Source of the DNA: Deltaproteobacteria bacterium
GTDB taxonomy: Bacteria > Myxococcota > Kuafuiibacteriia > Kuafuiibacteriales > Kuafuiibacteriaceae
DNA: 64,000 nucleotides
NCBI GenBank assembly: GCA_040218735.1
Contig: JAVJQW010000061.1
Coordinates: forward strand, 1-64,000
Direction of reading: 5' to 3'
Part shown: positions 18,639-28,382 of the stretch, piece after piece
How the letters are laid out: each line of letters begins with the position of its first letter
How positions within the stretch are numbered: position 1 is the stretch's first letter
Made by a program: the position numbers and the translations under genes
The notes under the pieces: generated by a model
The model's input: only the letters and a program-made list of their open reading frames with translations
The model's database searches: none
Told to the model about the DNA's origin: nothing

Positions 18639-19874
18639 GTGGGTACGGTCACGCATCTGGAATGCCTCGCCTGCGGTGCACGCTCGGCCCCCTCCGGGGA
18701 CGACGGCCCCTGCGCGATCTGCGGCGGAATCCGGGACGTCTTCTTCGATCTGGACGCCGCGCGCGCCACGCTGACGCGTGAATCCCTGGCGGCCGACCCG
18801 GACCGGACGGTCCGGCGGTACGCGCCGCTGCTCCCGATCGAGCCGGACGGCGCCGTGACCCCGCTGGCGGTGGGTCTTTCACCCATCTACGACAGCCCGC
18901 GGGCGGCGGCGGCCATCGGGGTCCGGCAGCTCTTCGTCAAGGACGACGGCAGCCTCCCCACCGGGTCGTTCAAGGACCGCGCTTCGTACGTCGGCATCGC
19001 GCGTGCGCTCGCGGCGAAGGCGTCCGTGGTCGCGGCGGCGTCGACCGGCAACGCGGCGACCTCGGTCGCGGGGCTGGGGGCCTCGGTCGGGCTGCCGATC
19101 CACATCTTCGTCCCGGCGACGGCGCCGGAGGGCAAGGTCGCGCAGCTCCTCACGTACGGCGCGGAGGTGTTCCTCGTGGACGCCGACTACGACGCGACCT
19201 ACGACTTCTGTCAGGAGGCCGTTGCGAAGTTCGGCTGGTACAACCGAAGCGCCGCCGTGAACCCGTACCTCGTCGAAGGCAAGAAGACTTGCGGGCACGA
19301 GATCGCCGAGCAGCTCGCCGACACACTCCCGGACTGGGTCGCGATGAGCGTCGGTGACGGGTGCTCGATCGCGGGGACGTACAAGGGCCTCGCGGAGATG
19401 AAGGCGATCGGTCTCGTGGATCGTGTGCCGAAGATGCTCGGCGTGCAGGCGGCCGGGGCGGCGCCGCTCACGAAGGCGTTCGACGCGGGGCAGGACGAAG
19501 TGGAACGCATCGTCGCCAAGACGTTCGCCGACTCGATCAACGTGGGGATGCCGCGCAACCCGACCAAGGCGTTGCGCGCGGTGCGGGCGTCGGGCGGGCG
19601 CTACGTAAACGTGACCGACGATTCGATCCGCGCGTGGATTCCGAAGCTCGCGAAACACACCGGGGTCTTCGGAGAGCCCGCCGCGGTCACGGCGATCGCG
19701 GGGGTGGAAGAAGCGGTGCGCACGGGGATCATCGGGCCGGGCGAGTCGGTGCTCGTCGTCGTCTCCGGCAACGGGCTCAAGGACGTGAAGAGCGCGATGT
19801 CGGCGGTCGAAGTACCCGCACCCATTCCGCGCGACCTCGGGGAGGTCGAGCGTCGCCTGGAGGCCCGACGATGA
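18639..19874 (+). CDS. thrC: Threonine synthase-like PLP enzyme (fold type II)
   Basis: N-terminal CxxC..CxxC, PTGSFKDR, ASTGNAA, NPYLVEGKKT, SGNGLKD. Confidence 0.82.
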   Translation: MGTVTHLECLACGARSAPSGDDGPCAICGGIRDVFFDLDAARATLTRESLAADPDRTVRRYAPLLPIEPDGAVTPLAVGLSPIYDSPRAAAAIGVRQLFVKDDGSLPTGSFKDRASYVGIARALAAKASVVAAASTGNAATSVAGLGASVGLPIHIFVPATAPEGKVAQLLTYGAEVFLVDADYDATYDFCQEAVAKFGWYNRSAAVNPYLVEGKKTCGHEIAEQLADTLPDWVAMSVGDGCSIAGTYKGLAEMKAIGLVDRVPKMLGVQAAGAAPLTKAFDAGQDEVERIVAKTFADSINVGMPRNPTKALRAVRASGGRYVNVTDDSIRAWIPKLAKHTGVFGEPAAVTAIAGVEEAVRTGIIGPGESVLVVVSGNGLKDVKSAMSAVEVPAPIPRDLGEVERRLEARR

Positions 19875-21169
19875 GCGCCACGTTGTTGCTGAACGGAACG
19901 GTGGTCGAGCTCGATCCGCCGCACGTCGAGCGGCGCGATGTCGTGCTGCACGGCGCCGAGATCAAGAGCCCCGACGAACCGTTCCCGACCACCGCGACCA
20001 TCGACTGCACCGACTGTCTGATCGTGCCGGGCTTCGTCGTCGCGCACACCCACCTGTACAGCGGGCTCGCGACCGGGATGCCGCCGCCGCCTCACCACAC
20101 GGGGACGTTTCGGCAGATCCTCGAACACATCTGGTGGCGCCTCGACCGTGCGCTCGACGCGGACACGCTCCGGTCCTCGGTGCGCGTCGCGGCCCTGCAC
20201 GCGATCCGGTCCGGGACGACGTGCCTGATCGACCACCACGAATCGCCCAACTTCATCGACGGATCCCTCGACGTAATCGCCGAGGAGCTGGACGCGATCG
20301 GCCTGCGCGCCTGCCTCACGTACGGCGCGACGGATCGCCACGGCCCCGACGGCGCGCGCGCCGGATTGGACGAGAGCGAGCGCTTCACGAAGAAGGTCGA
20401 GGAGCACCCCACGCTCCGCGGCGCGATCGGGCTGCACGCCCCGTTCACCTGCGCGGTCGAGACCATGGAGAGCGCCGCGGACCGCGCGACGCTGCACCGC
20501 GCTTGGCTGCACTATCACGCGGCCGAGGGCCCGGACGATCAGTTCGTGGCGCGCGAACGCGGAGCGCACTCGCTGTTCGAGCAGCTCGAGCAGGTCGGGT
20601 TGGTGAACAACCGTGCGATCGCAGCGCACGCCGTCGACATCACGGAGCGCGAGCAAAGGATCATCGGGAACGGCGGCGTCTGGGTGACACACCAGGCGCG
20701 CTCGAACATGAACAACGGCGTCGGTTATGCGAAGCACCTGCTCCAGCTCGATCGCGTCGCGCTCGGCACCGACGGGATCGACAACGACCTGTTGGAGGAG
20801 AACCGCGCGGCGTTCTTCCGCGCGCGTGAGCACACGGGGCCGACGGAGTGGCCGGACGTGGTGCGGCGCGTCGCCAAGGGCCACGAGCTCGCGGGGGAGA
20901 TCTTCGGGGCGCCGTCGTTCGGACGGCTGAGCCGCGGCGCGCCGGCGGATGTCGTCGTGCTCGACTACCCCGAAGGGACGCCGATCGACCGCGACAACAT
21001 CGCCGGACACCTGCTCTTCGGGTGGCGCGGCGCCAACGTGCGCGACGTCTTCGTGGCCGGGCGACCGCTGCTGCGGAATCGAAAGCTCGTCACGCTCGAC
21101 GAACGCAACGTGCTCGACGAGAGCCGCGCGATGGCGCGTCGCCTCTGGCAGCAGATGGAGGCGCTGTAG
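19871..21169 (+). CDS. ssnA: SsnA-like amidohydrolase
   Basis: AHTHLYS, ILEHIWWRLDRALD, DHHESP, GLHAPFT, HAAEG, SNMNNGVG, LGTDG; ATGA overlap with the upstream gene. Confidence 0.85.
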   Translation: MSATLLLNGTVVELDPPHVERRDVVLHGAEIKSPDEPFPTTATIDCTDCLIVPGFVVAHTHLYSGLATGMPPPPHHTGTFRQILEHIWWRLDRALDADTLRSSVRVAALHAIRSGTTCLIDHHESPNFIDGSLDVIAEELDAIGLRACLTYGATDRHGPDGARAGLDESERFTKKVEEHPTLRGAIGLHAPFTCAVETMESAADRATLHRAWLHYHAAEGPDDQFVARERGAHSLFEQLEQVGLVNNRAIAAHAVDITEREQRIIGNGGVWVTHQARSNMNNGVGYAKHLLQLDRVALGTDGIDNDLLEENRAAFFRAREHTGPTEWPDVVRRVAKGHELAGEIFGAPSFGRLSRGAPADVVVLDYPEGTPIDRDNIAGHLLFGWRGANVRDVFVAGRPLLRNRKLVTLDERNVLDESRAMARRLWQQMEAL

Positions 21170-21171
21170 CC

Positions 21172-23292
21172 ATGGAGCTCGTACCGCAACCGCTCGCCCA
21201 CCTGCTCCGTCGTGTGGAGCGCGAACCGGACCAGGCCGGCACGTTGTTCGACCTCCCGCTCGACAAGACCTGGGGCGGGACGCCGGACGGTTTGGATCTG
21301 TCGCGCGCGTTCCACGGGGAGCGTTCGTCGAACGTCGTCGGGCCGGCGGCGGGGCCGCACACTCAGCTCGCGCAGAACATCGCGCTCTCGTATCTGGCGG
21401 GGTCGCGGATCTGCGAGCTGAAGACGGTGCAGATCCTCGACGAGCTGAAGATCCCGCGGCCGTGCATCGACGTCGAGAACATCGGGTTCAACGTCGAGTG
21501 GTCGCAGGAGCTGAAGATCGAGCAGTCGACGATCGAGTACCCGAAGTCGGCGCTCCTGATCGCGGCGCTGATCCGCGAAGGCTACCCGGCGGGTGTCGAG
21601 GCGAAGGACCAGGACTACTTGCTGGATCTGTCGCTCGGCTACGACCTGAAGGGGATCCAGGACCCGCGCGTCACCGGCTTCGTGCACGCGATGATGGACG
21701 CGAGCAACGTAGTCGACCGGATCCTCGACGAGCTCCCGCCCGACCTCGCGAAGTACAAGGACCTCACCGTGCCTTCGCGGCTGATCTCCTGCATCACGCT
21801 GTCGACGTTCCACGGGTGCCCGGCCGACGAGATCGAGCTGATCGCTCGCTACCTCCTCGAAGAGATCGGCGTGCACGTCGTCGTGAAGCTCAACCCGACG
21901 CTGCTCGGGCTGGAGCGCGTGCAACACATCTTGCACGACGGCCTCGGATACACGGAGCTGACGCTCGACCCGGAGAACTTCGCGCACGATCTGAAGTGGG
22001 ATCAGGCGCTGGAGATGATCGCGCGGCTGCGCGGCGTTGCGCACCGGCGCGGGCTCGCGTTCGGCGTGAAGCTCACGAACACCCTCGTGGTGAACAACCA
22101 CAAGTCGTTCTTCCCGGCCGCGGAGAAGCAGATGTACCTGTCGGGGCAGCCGCTGCACGTGCTGTCGACGACGCTCCTCGCCGAGCTGCGGCGCGCGATT
22201 CCGCTGATCGGCGAGGGCGGTGAGCCGCCGGTCGAGTACTCGTTCTCGGCGGGGATCGATCAGCACAACTTCCCGCTCGCCGCGGCGGCGGACCTGTGTC
22301 CGGTGACGACGTGTACGGATCTGCTGCGCCCGGGGGGCTACGGTCGGCTGCCGAAGTACCTGACGAACCTCGGCAAACACATGACGAAGGTCGGCGCGAA
22401 GGACATGCCGACGTACGTGCTGCGGGCGTTCGACCACGCCGAGGCGGCGGCGAACGCGGTGGCGACGACGCTGGACCTGCCGACGGATCACCCGCTCCGC
22501 GCGGCGGCGGCGCACCTCGACGAAGGTGTGGAGGGCGCGCTGCGGACGGCGGGGGTGAACGCGACCGAGATCGAATCGTTGGCGGCGCTCTGGGTGCACG
22601 AGGCCGGTACGCAGAACGCGAGGGACGTCGCGAAGGCGGCGCTCGAAGACCCGCGCTACGCGAAGGCGAAGAACGCGAAGTCGCCGAAGAAGATCGGCTC
22701 CGAGCTGGAGCTGTTCGACTGCATCAACTGCGACAAGTGCGTGCCCGTCTGCCCGAACAACGCGAACTTCGCGTACGAGGTCGAGCCGGTGAAGCTCGAC
22801 GCGCCGACCTGGGTGTTCGGCGCGAGCGGCGTCGAGGCGCGTGACGCGATTCGGGTCGACGTCGAGAAGGAGCACCAGCTCGCGACGTTCGTCGACTTCT
22901 GCAACGGGTGCGGCAACTGCGACATCTTCTGCCCCGAAGACGGCGGCCCTTACGTCGTCAAGCCGCACTGGTTCGGCTCGGCGGAGTCGTGCGCGGCCGA
23001 GGAGCACCTCGACGGGTTCTATGTCGACGGCCCGAACCGCATCGCGGGTCGGCTGCACGGGCGTCGGGTCGCGCTGGAGTTCGACGCCGCGCGCACGAGG
23101 GCGCGGTACGAAGACGAGGTCGTCTCGCTGGAGGTGTCACTCGCATCCGATCGGGTCGAGCTCGTGCGTCACGCGTTGCGCGCCGAGGCGGACGGCCACG
23201 AGGTCCAGTCCGCGTACATCGTGATCCTGCGGACGCTCCTCGACGGTGTTCAGAACACCGTGAACCCGGTCTCTGCCGCGCTTTCGTCCTGA
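21172..23292 (+). CDS. YgfK-like oxidoreductase (N-terminal domain plus C-terminal 4Fe-4S domain)
   Basis: GPAAGPHTQLAQNI, ELKTVQILD, PRPCID, NVEWSQEL, GVKLTNT, MYLSG; CINCDKCVPVCPN and CNGCGNCDIFCP. Confidence 0.85.
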   Translation: MELVPQPLAHLLRRVEREPDQAGTLFDLPLDKTWGGTPDGLDLSRAFHGERSSNVVGPAAGPHTQLAQNIALSYLAGSRICELKTVQILDELKIPRPCIDVENIGFNVEWSQELKIEQSTIEYPKSALLIAALIREGYPAGVEAKDQDYLLDLSLGYDLKGIQDPRVTGFVHAMMDASNVVDRILDELPPDLAKYKDLTVPSRLISCITLSTFHGCPADEIELIARYLLEEIGVHVVVKLNPTLLGLERVQHILHDGLGYTELTLDPENFAHDLKWDQALEMIARLRGVAHRRGLAFGVKLTNTLVVNNHKSFFPAAEKQMYLSGQPLHVLSTTLLAELRRAIPLIGEGGEPPVEYSFSAGIDQHNFPLAAAADLCPVTTCTDLLRPGGYGRLPKYLTNLGKHMTKVGAKDMPTYVLRAFDHAEAAANAVATTLDLPTDHPLRAAAAHLDEGVEGALRTAGVNATEIESLAALWVHEAGTQNARDVAKAALEDPRYAKAKNAKSPKKIGSELELFDCINCDKCVPVCPNNANFAYEVEPVKLDAPTWVFGASGVEARDAIRVDVEKEHQLATFVDFCNGCGNCDIFCPEDGGPYVVKPHWFGSAESCAAEEHLDGFYVDGPNRIAGRLHGRRVALEFDAARTRARYEDEVVSLEVSLASDRVELVRHALRAEADGHEVQSAYIVILRTLLDGVQNTVNPVSAALSS

Positions 23293-23320
23293 ATCGGGCG
23301 AGTGTTATACAGAGCGCGTT

Positions 23321-26300
23321 TTGCGGAAGCGGATCCTCGTCGTCGCGAGCGACGAGGCGACCATCGACGGCCTCGAGGCGGCCCTGGAGAAGATCGGACT
23401 CGAGCCCGTCGTCATGCGGGACCGAGCCAGCGTCCTCGCGCGCTTCGAAGACCTCCGACCCTCCGCGATCCTGATGTCCGTCGGGCGCGGCCCCGTGGAT
23501 CCGCTGCACGTCGTCGCCGCGATCCGTGACTCTGCCCGCGGCGCGATCGTCCCGCTGCTCTTGATGGGGAGCGCAGACCCGAGTGAGACGATCACCTCGC
23601 CGAGCGAGGCGCTCGAAGCCGGCGCCGACTACTACTTTCGACTCCCGACCGACCTCGACTACCTCGCGGGGCGCGTCGCGGGCTGGGTCGGCGAGACGCA
23701 CTCCACGCGCCCACGCCCGGCGCAGCCGATCGCCGAGCCGCGCGATGGGCTGTCGCAGGACCTCGACCTGGAGGCGTTCAGCCTCCCGTCCTTCGATCAG
23801 GAGGCGGTGACCGAGCACGGGCTGCCGACGCTCGACCTGCTGCGCGAGGCGGAGGCGCGTCGACACGACGCCGCGCTCCCCGGTGCGCCGATGGGCGACG
23901 ACGTCCACGAGGACGACGAGCCGACGAAGGGCATCTTCGACGTCCCGGACGAGATGCCGGTGCCGCAGCCGCGCACGCCGAGCCGCCAGGTCGAGCTCGC
24001 GCTCCAGCTGGTGCGCGAGGGCGAGCGACACCGGCGCGAAGGCAACACCAACGAGGCGATCGACGCCTACTGGGCGGCGTCGGAGACGTACGTGCTGGAC
24101 GGGCGCACGTCCGAAGCGATCGCGCTCTACAAGCTGATCCTCTACCTCGACCCGACGCGCTACGTCGTCGCGCGCCACGGCGCGGACATCGCGCTGCAGT
24201 CCGGGCGCAAGAAGGACGCGCTCGACATGTACCGGCACACGGCGCGCGCGCTCGAGGAGGCGGGGCGCCTCGACGAGGCGACGCAGGTGCTCCGCGAGAT
24301 GGTGCACATGTCACCGTCGGAGCCGACGCTCGTGCTCCGGCTCGCGGCGATCGAGTCGCGCAGCCAGCGCACGGCCGCGCCGCGCGGACCGTCGCTCGGG
24401 GCTTGGGGCCGGGAGCTCGACGCCCAGCTCGAAGCGCACGAGGAGGGGTCGCTGCCGGAGCTCGACGTCGAGCCGCCCACGCTCGACGAGGGCCCGACCG
24501 CGACGAAGGAGGTCGCGCCGGAGGCGCTCGAGCCGATGCTCCAACGCGAGCGCGCCGCGCGCGTCGCGGAGGCGGACGCGCTGGTCGTGCCCGACACGAT
24601 CGAGATCTCCGACCCGCGCGTGCACATGTCGTTGCAGGCGTCGGACACGATCCCGAATCAACGCGTCCCGAAGGGCGAGGACGACGCGGAGATCGGGGAC
24701 CCGCCGCAGGTGATCCGTGCGCCGCCGCGCGCCGAACCCGACGAGGACCGCAAGAAGCTCCTGGAGGCGGCGCGGCAGATCGACTGGGAGCGCGCGACGC
24801 GCGCGCGGAAGCTGCAGAACGCTCGTGACACGTCGCCGCGACCGCCGACCGCGCTCGACGACGAAGCGGAGGCGCTGACGCCGCTGCCCACGGAGGCCGC
24901 GCCGCGTCGCCCCGACGACACGGCGCCGAGCGCGCCGGTGCGCGGTGCGGGCATCTCGACCGATTCCCCCCAGGCGAGCGGGCGCGAGCGCCCGACCGGC
25001 GACGCGGCTCCGCCGACCGGCGCCTCACCGGCTTCTCCGGCGGGGGAGCCGAAAGCGCCCGCCGTCCCGGTGGACGACCTCCAGTCGCCCGACGCGCTCG
25101 GCGTCGCGGCGCGGTCTTCGAGCGCGACCGACCCGATTCACGCGGACCGGGTCGCCTCGCCGCGAGCCGCGACGGCGGCGGATCCTTCACTCCCGAACCC
25201 AGGCCCGCGACCGCGATCGCCGGCGCGCACGCCCACGGTGACGGATCCTTCGCTGCCGGATGGGGAGGCGCCGTACGCCCGCGAGCCTCCGCCGCGCGGT
25301 ATCACGACGACGGAGCCGGTGCTGCAGGAAGGCGCGGCGACCGAAGGCCCCGAGGCCCCCGAGCGCAAGCCCGCGACGGAGACTCCCGAGGCCTCGACAC
25401 CGGACGAAGCGTCGAACCGCGAGCCCCTCCCCCGGCCGCCGACGCAGACGGATCCGGTGCCGGTCGTGGACCGCCCGCCCTCCGCGCGCACGCCCCCGGC
25501 GCGCGCGACGTCGACGACGGACGCCGGGCCGGAGCGCGTCGCGACGCACCGCGCGGCGACGGTTTCCGAAGCGCCACGCCCGAGCGCGCCGCGAGCGCCC
25601 AGCCCCACCAAGCCGGACGCGGAGCCGATCGTCCGACCGAAGGAGCCCACCTCGACGACGAAGCCGCGCCGCCCGACGGTGCCGGCGACGGCGGAGCTCA
25701 CCGGCGACCTACCGTCCGACGGCGGGACGTCGGACCTCGACGAGCCGCGCAAACACCGTCGGCCTCGGCCGGAGCCTTCGCGGATCACGTTTGCGCCGCT
25801 GGTGCCGAACCACGGGAAGGTCGAGCGCCTGTTCGACGCGTTGATCGTGTTCTCGCTGGCGTCGACGCAGCGGGTGACCGGCATCCTCCGGATGCAGGGC
25901 GACGAAGGCCTGGTCTTCTTCGAGGGGCACCCGGCGGCGCGGCGTGGCGCGCGAGCGCACGAGCGGCTGCGGCAGTTCCTCGATCGCGCGGGCATCGCGC
26001 TCGACCGGCTGGTCGAAGACCCACCCCCCTCCGCCGCGGATTCGATCCGCACCGTGGTCGAGGCTGGACTCGCGCAAGAGGAGCTCGCGCAAGCTATCTT
26101 GCATCGGCACCTCGAAGACGGCGTCCTGTCCGCGCTCGCCTACCGCGGGCCGTGGAAGTTCCTGCAGAACAACGACGTGGACATCGCGATCTCCGAGATC
26201 GTGAAGAACCGCGACGACGTGATCGCGCAGCTCGTCGAGATCCTCCCGCAGATGGCGCCGCCCTTGGAGCTCGCGTCGCACCTCGGCGGAACGCGCGCGC

Positions 26301-26848
26301 GGGTGCGTCTGGAGGAGCTCCCGGACTGCGGGCTGTCGGCGCGCGACGCGCGCTTCTGTTCGTGGCTCGACGGCACGAAGCCGCTCGACGTCGCCGCGAC
26401 GCTCGGCGGGCTCTCGATGGAGCGCGCCGCGGCGATCGCGCTGGTGCTGGTGGCGTTCGGTCACGGCACTTCGTCCGGGCAGCCGGTGCCGACCGAGCTG
26501 CCCACCCCGGCGGCGCCGCCGGCCCCGGAGCCGCCGCCGCCTTCGTCCGGGGTGATGCCCCACGAGGCGCTGCGGAGCCTGGAGCCGCGGGCGCGCCTCG
26601 CGGCGCTGGCGGAGCTGGTGCGGACCAGTGATTACTTCACGATCCTGGGGGTCGACGGGAGCGCGACGAAGCACCAGATCGACGAGGCCCACCACCACCT
26701 GCGGCGGATGATCGACGTCGAGGCGTTCGAATCCGAGCCATCGCTGCGCGCGACGGCGCGGGAGGTGGCGCGGAGCCTGGACGAGGCCCGCGACGTGCTG
26801 AAGGTCCCGCAGCTGCGGGCCGCCTACCAGCGCCACCTCAAACCCTAA
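23321..26848 (+). CDS. Multidomain protein: pseudo-receiver, TPR, Pro-rich linker, DUF4388-like, degenerate J-domain
   Basis: RILVV..EALEAGADYY receiver; TPR-like helices; TGILRM..LVFFEG segment; DYFTILGVDGSAT..I..A J-like C-terminus. Confidence 0.75.
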   Translation: MRKRILVVASDEATIDGLEAALEKIGLEPVVMRDRASVLARFEDLRPSAILMSVGRGPVDPLHVVAAIRDSARGAIVPLLLMGSADPSETITSPSEALEAGADYYFRLPTDLDYLAGRVAGWVGETHSTRPRPAQPIAEPRDGLSQDLDLEAFSLPSFDQEAVTEHGLPTLDLLREAEARRHDAALPGAPMGDDVHEDDEPTKGIFDVPDEMPVPQPRTPSRQVELALQLVREGERHRREGNTNEAIDAYWAASETYVLDGRTSEAIALYKLILYLDPTRYVVARHGADIALQSGRKKDALDMYRHTARALEEAGRLDEATQVLREMVHMSPSEPTLVLRLAAIESRSQRTAAPRGPSLGAWGRELDAQLEAHEEGSLPELDVEPPTLDEGPTATKEVAPEALEPMLQRERAARVAEADALVVPDTIEISDPRVHMSLQASDTIPNQRVPKGEDDAEIGDPPQVIRAPPRAEPDEDRKKLLEAARQIDWERATRARKLQNARDTSPRPPTALDDEAEALTPLPTEAAPRRPDDTAPSAPVRGAGISTDSPQASGRERPTGDAAPPTGASPASPAGEPKAPAVPVDDLQSPDALGVAARSSSATDPIHADRVASPRAATAADPSLPNPGPRPRSPARTPTVTDPSLPDGEAPYAREPPPRGITTTEPVLQEGAATEGPEAPERKPATETPEASTPDEASNREPLPRPPTQTDPVPVVDRPPSARTPPARATSTTDAGPERVATHRAATVSEAPRPSAPRAPSPTKPDAEPIVRPKEPTSTTKPRRPTVPATAELTGDLPSDGGTSDLDEPRKHRRPRPEPSRITFAPLVPNHGKVERLFDALIVFSLASTQRVTGILRMQGDEGLVFFEGHPAARRGARAHERLRQFLDRAGIALDRLVEDPPPSAADSIRTVVEAGLAQEELAQAILHRHLEDGVLSALAYRGPWKFLQNNDVDIAISEIVKNRDDVIAQLVEILPQMAPPLELASHLGGTRARVRLEELPDCGLSARDARFCSWLDGTKPLDVAATLGGLSMERAAAIALVLVAFGHGTSSGQPVPTELPTPAAPPAPEPPPPSSGVMPHEALRSLEPRARLAALAELVRTSDYFTILGVDGSATKHQIDEAHHHLRRMIDVEAFESEPSLRATAREVARSLDEARDVLKVPQLRAAYQRHLKP

Positions 26849-26891
26849 AAACGCTGGTCGGCGGCGACCGGGCTGCTAGACTGGGAATGTC

Positions 26892-27425
26892 ATGCTCTTG
26901 GAGATCCTCAAGTATCCGGATCCGCGTCTGGCTGAGAAGTCCACCCCGGTGGAGGTCGTCGACGACGAGATTCGCACGCTGATCGAGAACATGTTCGAGA
27001 CGATGTACACGGCCGAAGGTGTCGGTCTGGCCGCGCCGCAGGTCGGCGTCACCAAGCGCATCATCGTCGTCGACTGTGGCGTGCGCGAGGAAGGTGAGGA
27101 GAGCCCGTTGCCTCCCAAGGAGCCGGTCGCGGTCGTGAACCCGGTCGTCGCGGCGGGTCAGGGGTCGATCGTCTGGGAGGAGGGCTGCCTGTCGGTGCCC
27201 GGCTACGTGGACGAGGTCGAGCGCAAGGCGAAGGTGACCGTCACGGGGCTCGACAAAAACGGTGAGCCGCTGTCGATCGAGGCCGAGGGCCTGCTCGCGG
27301 TTTGCCTGCAGCACGAGATCGATCACCTGGAGGGTGTGCTCTTCGTGGATCGGCTGTCGCGTTTGAAGCAGTCGATGGTGAAGAAGAAGCTGAAGAAGCG
27401 CGCCGAGGAAGAGGCCCGGGCCTGA
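26892..27425 (+). CDS. def: Peptide deformylase
   Basis: GVGLAAPQVG, EGCLS, QHEIDHLEG. Confidence 0.97.
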   Translation: MLLEILKYPDPRLAEKSTPVEVVDDEIRTLIENMFETMYTAEGVGLAAPQVGVTKRIIVVDCGVREEGEESPLPPKEPVAVVNPVVAAGQGSIVWEEGCLSVPGYVDEVERKAKVTVTGLDKNGEPLSIEAEGLLAVCLQHEIDHLEGVLFVDRLSRLKQSMVKKKLKKRAEEEARA

Positions 27426-28378
27426 GCACCCTGAAGCTCCCCGAACGACGGCTGCGCCTGGCCTTCTTCGGTACCCCCGACATCGCGAGCACGATGCTCG
27501 AGCGTTTGCTCGACGCCGCCGAGGACCACGTCGCGCTGGTGGTCTGCCAGCCGGACCGCCCGAAGGGGCGCGGCAAGAAGCTCGTCGCGCCGCCGGTGAA
27601 GGCGCTCGCGGAGGCGCGCGGGATCGAGGTCGTGCAGCCGCGGAAGCTGCGGGACGGGGTGCTGGCGTCGCAGCTGTTGGAGCAGTCGATCGATCTCGCG
27701 ATCGTGGTGGCGTACGGGCGGATCCTCCCGGTCGACGTGTTCGAGGCGCCGACGTTCGCGACGTGGAACGTCCACGCGTCGCTGCTGCCGCGACATCGGG
27801 GAGCGTCACCGATTCAGCACGCGATCCTCTCCGGCGACGAAGAGACCGGGGTGACGTTGATGCAGCTGTCGGAGGGCATGGACGAAGGGCCGATGCTCCT
27901 GAAGCGCTCGATCGTGATCGGCGAGCGCACCGGCGGCGAGCTGTTCGATGCGTTGGCGTCGCTGGGCGCCGAGACGCTGGTGGAGGGGCTCGCGCTCGTG
28001 AAGCGCGACGGGCTCGAGATCGTCCCGCAGCCCGACGAGGGCGTGACGTACGCGCCGATGATCGACAAGAAGGACGGCTTGCTGGACTTCGCGGGGTCGG
28101 CGGACGCGCTCGTGCGACGCGTGCGTGCGTTCGATCCGTGGCCGGGCACGTTCGTGCGGGACGCGAAGGGGCAGCCGTTGAAGATCACCGCGGCGCGCGC
28201 GGTCGACGCGACCGGGGCGCCGGGGACGGTGGTGTCCTTGAAACCGTTGGTCGTGGCGACGTCGGACGGCGGGGTGGAGATCGTCGCGATTCAGCCGCCC
28301 GGGAAGAAGTCGATGCCGGCGGCGGCGTATCTGAACGGAGCGGGGCGGTCGTTGGAGATCGGCGCCGCGTTTCCCTAG
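27422..28378 (+). CDS. fmt: Methionyl-tRNA formyltransferase (start probably CTG)
   Basis: FFGTPD, QPDRPKGRG, VVAYGRIL, NVHASLLPRHRGASPI; directly follows def. Confidence 0.95.
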   Translation: MSTLKLPERRLRLAFFGTPDIASTMLERLLDAAEDHVALVVCQPDRPKGRGKKLVAPPVKALAEARGIEVVQPRKLRDGVLASQLLEQSIDLAIVVAYGRILPVDVFEAPTFATWNVHASLLPRHRGASPIQHAILSGDEETGVTLMQLSEGMDEGPMLLKRSIVIGERTGGELFDALASLGAETLVEGLALVKRDGLEIVPQPDEGVTYAPMIDKKDGLLDFAGSADALVRRVRAFDPWPGTFVRDAKGQPLKITAARAVDATGAPGTVVSLKPLVVATSDGGVEIVAIQPPGKKSMPAAAYLNGAGRSLEIGAAFP

Positions 28379-28382
28379 GCCG

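Noticed and set aside
21172-23292. Calling the gene a selenate reductase or glutamate synthase
   Set aside because: There are no molybdopterin or GltD FAD/NADPH motifs; those are legacy names for the YgfK family.
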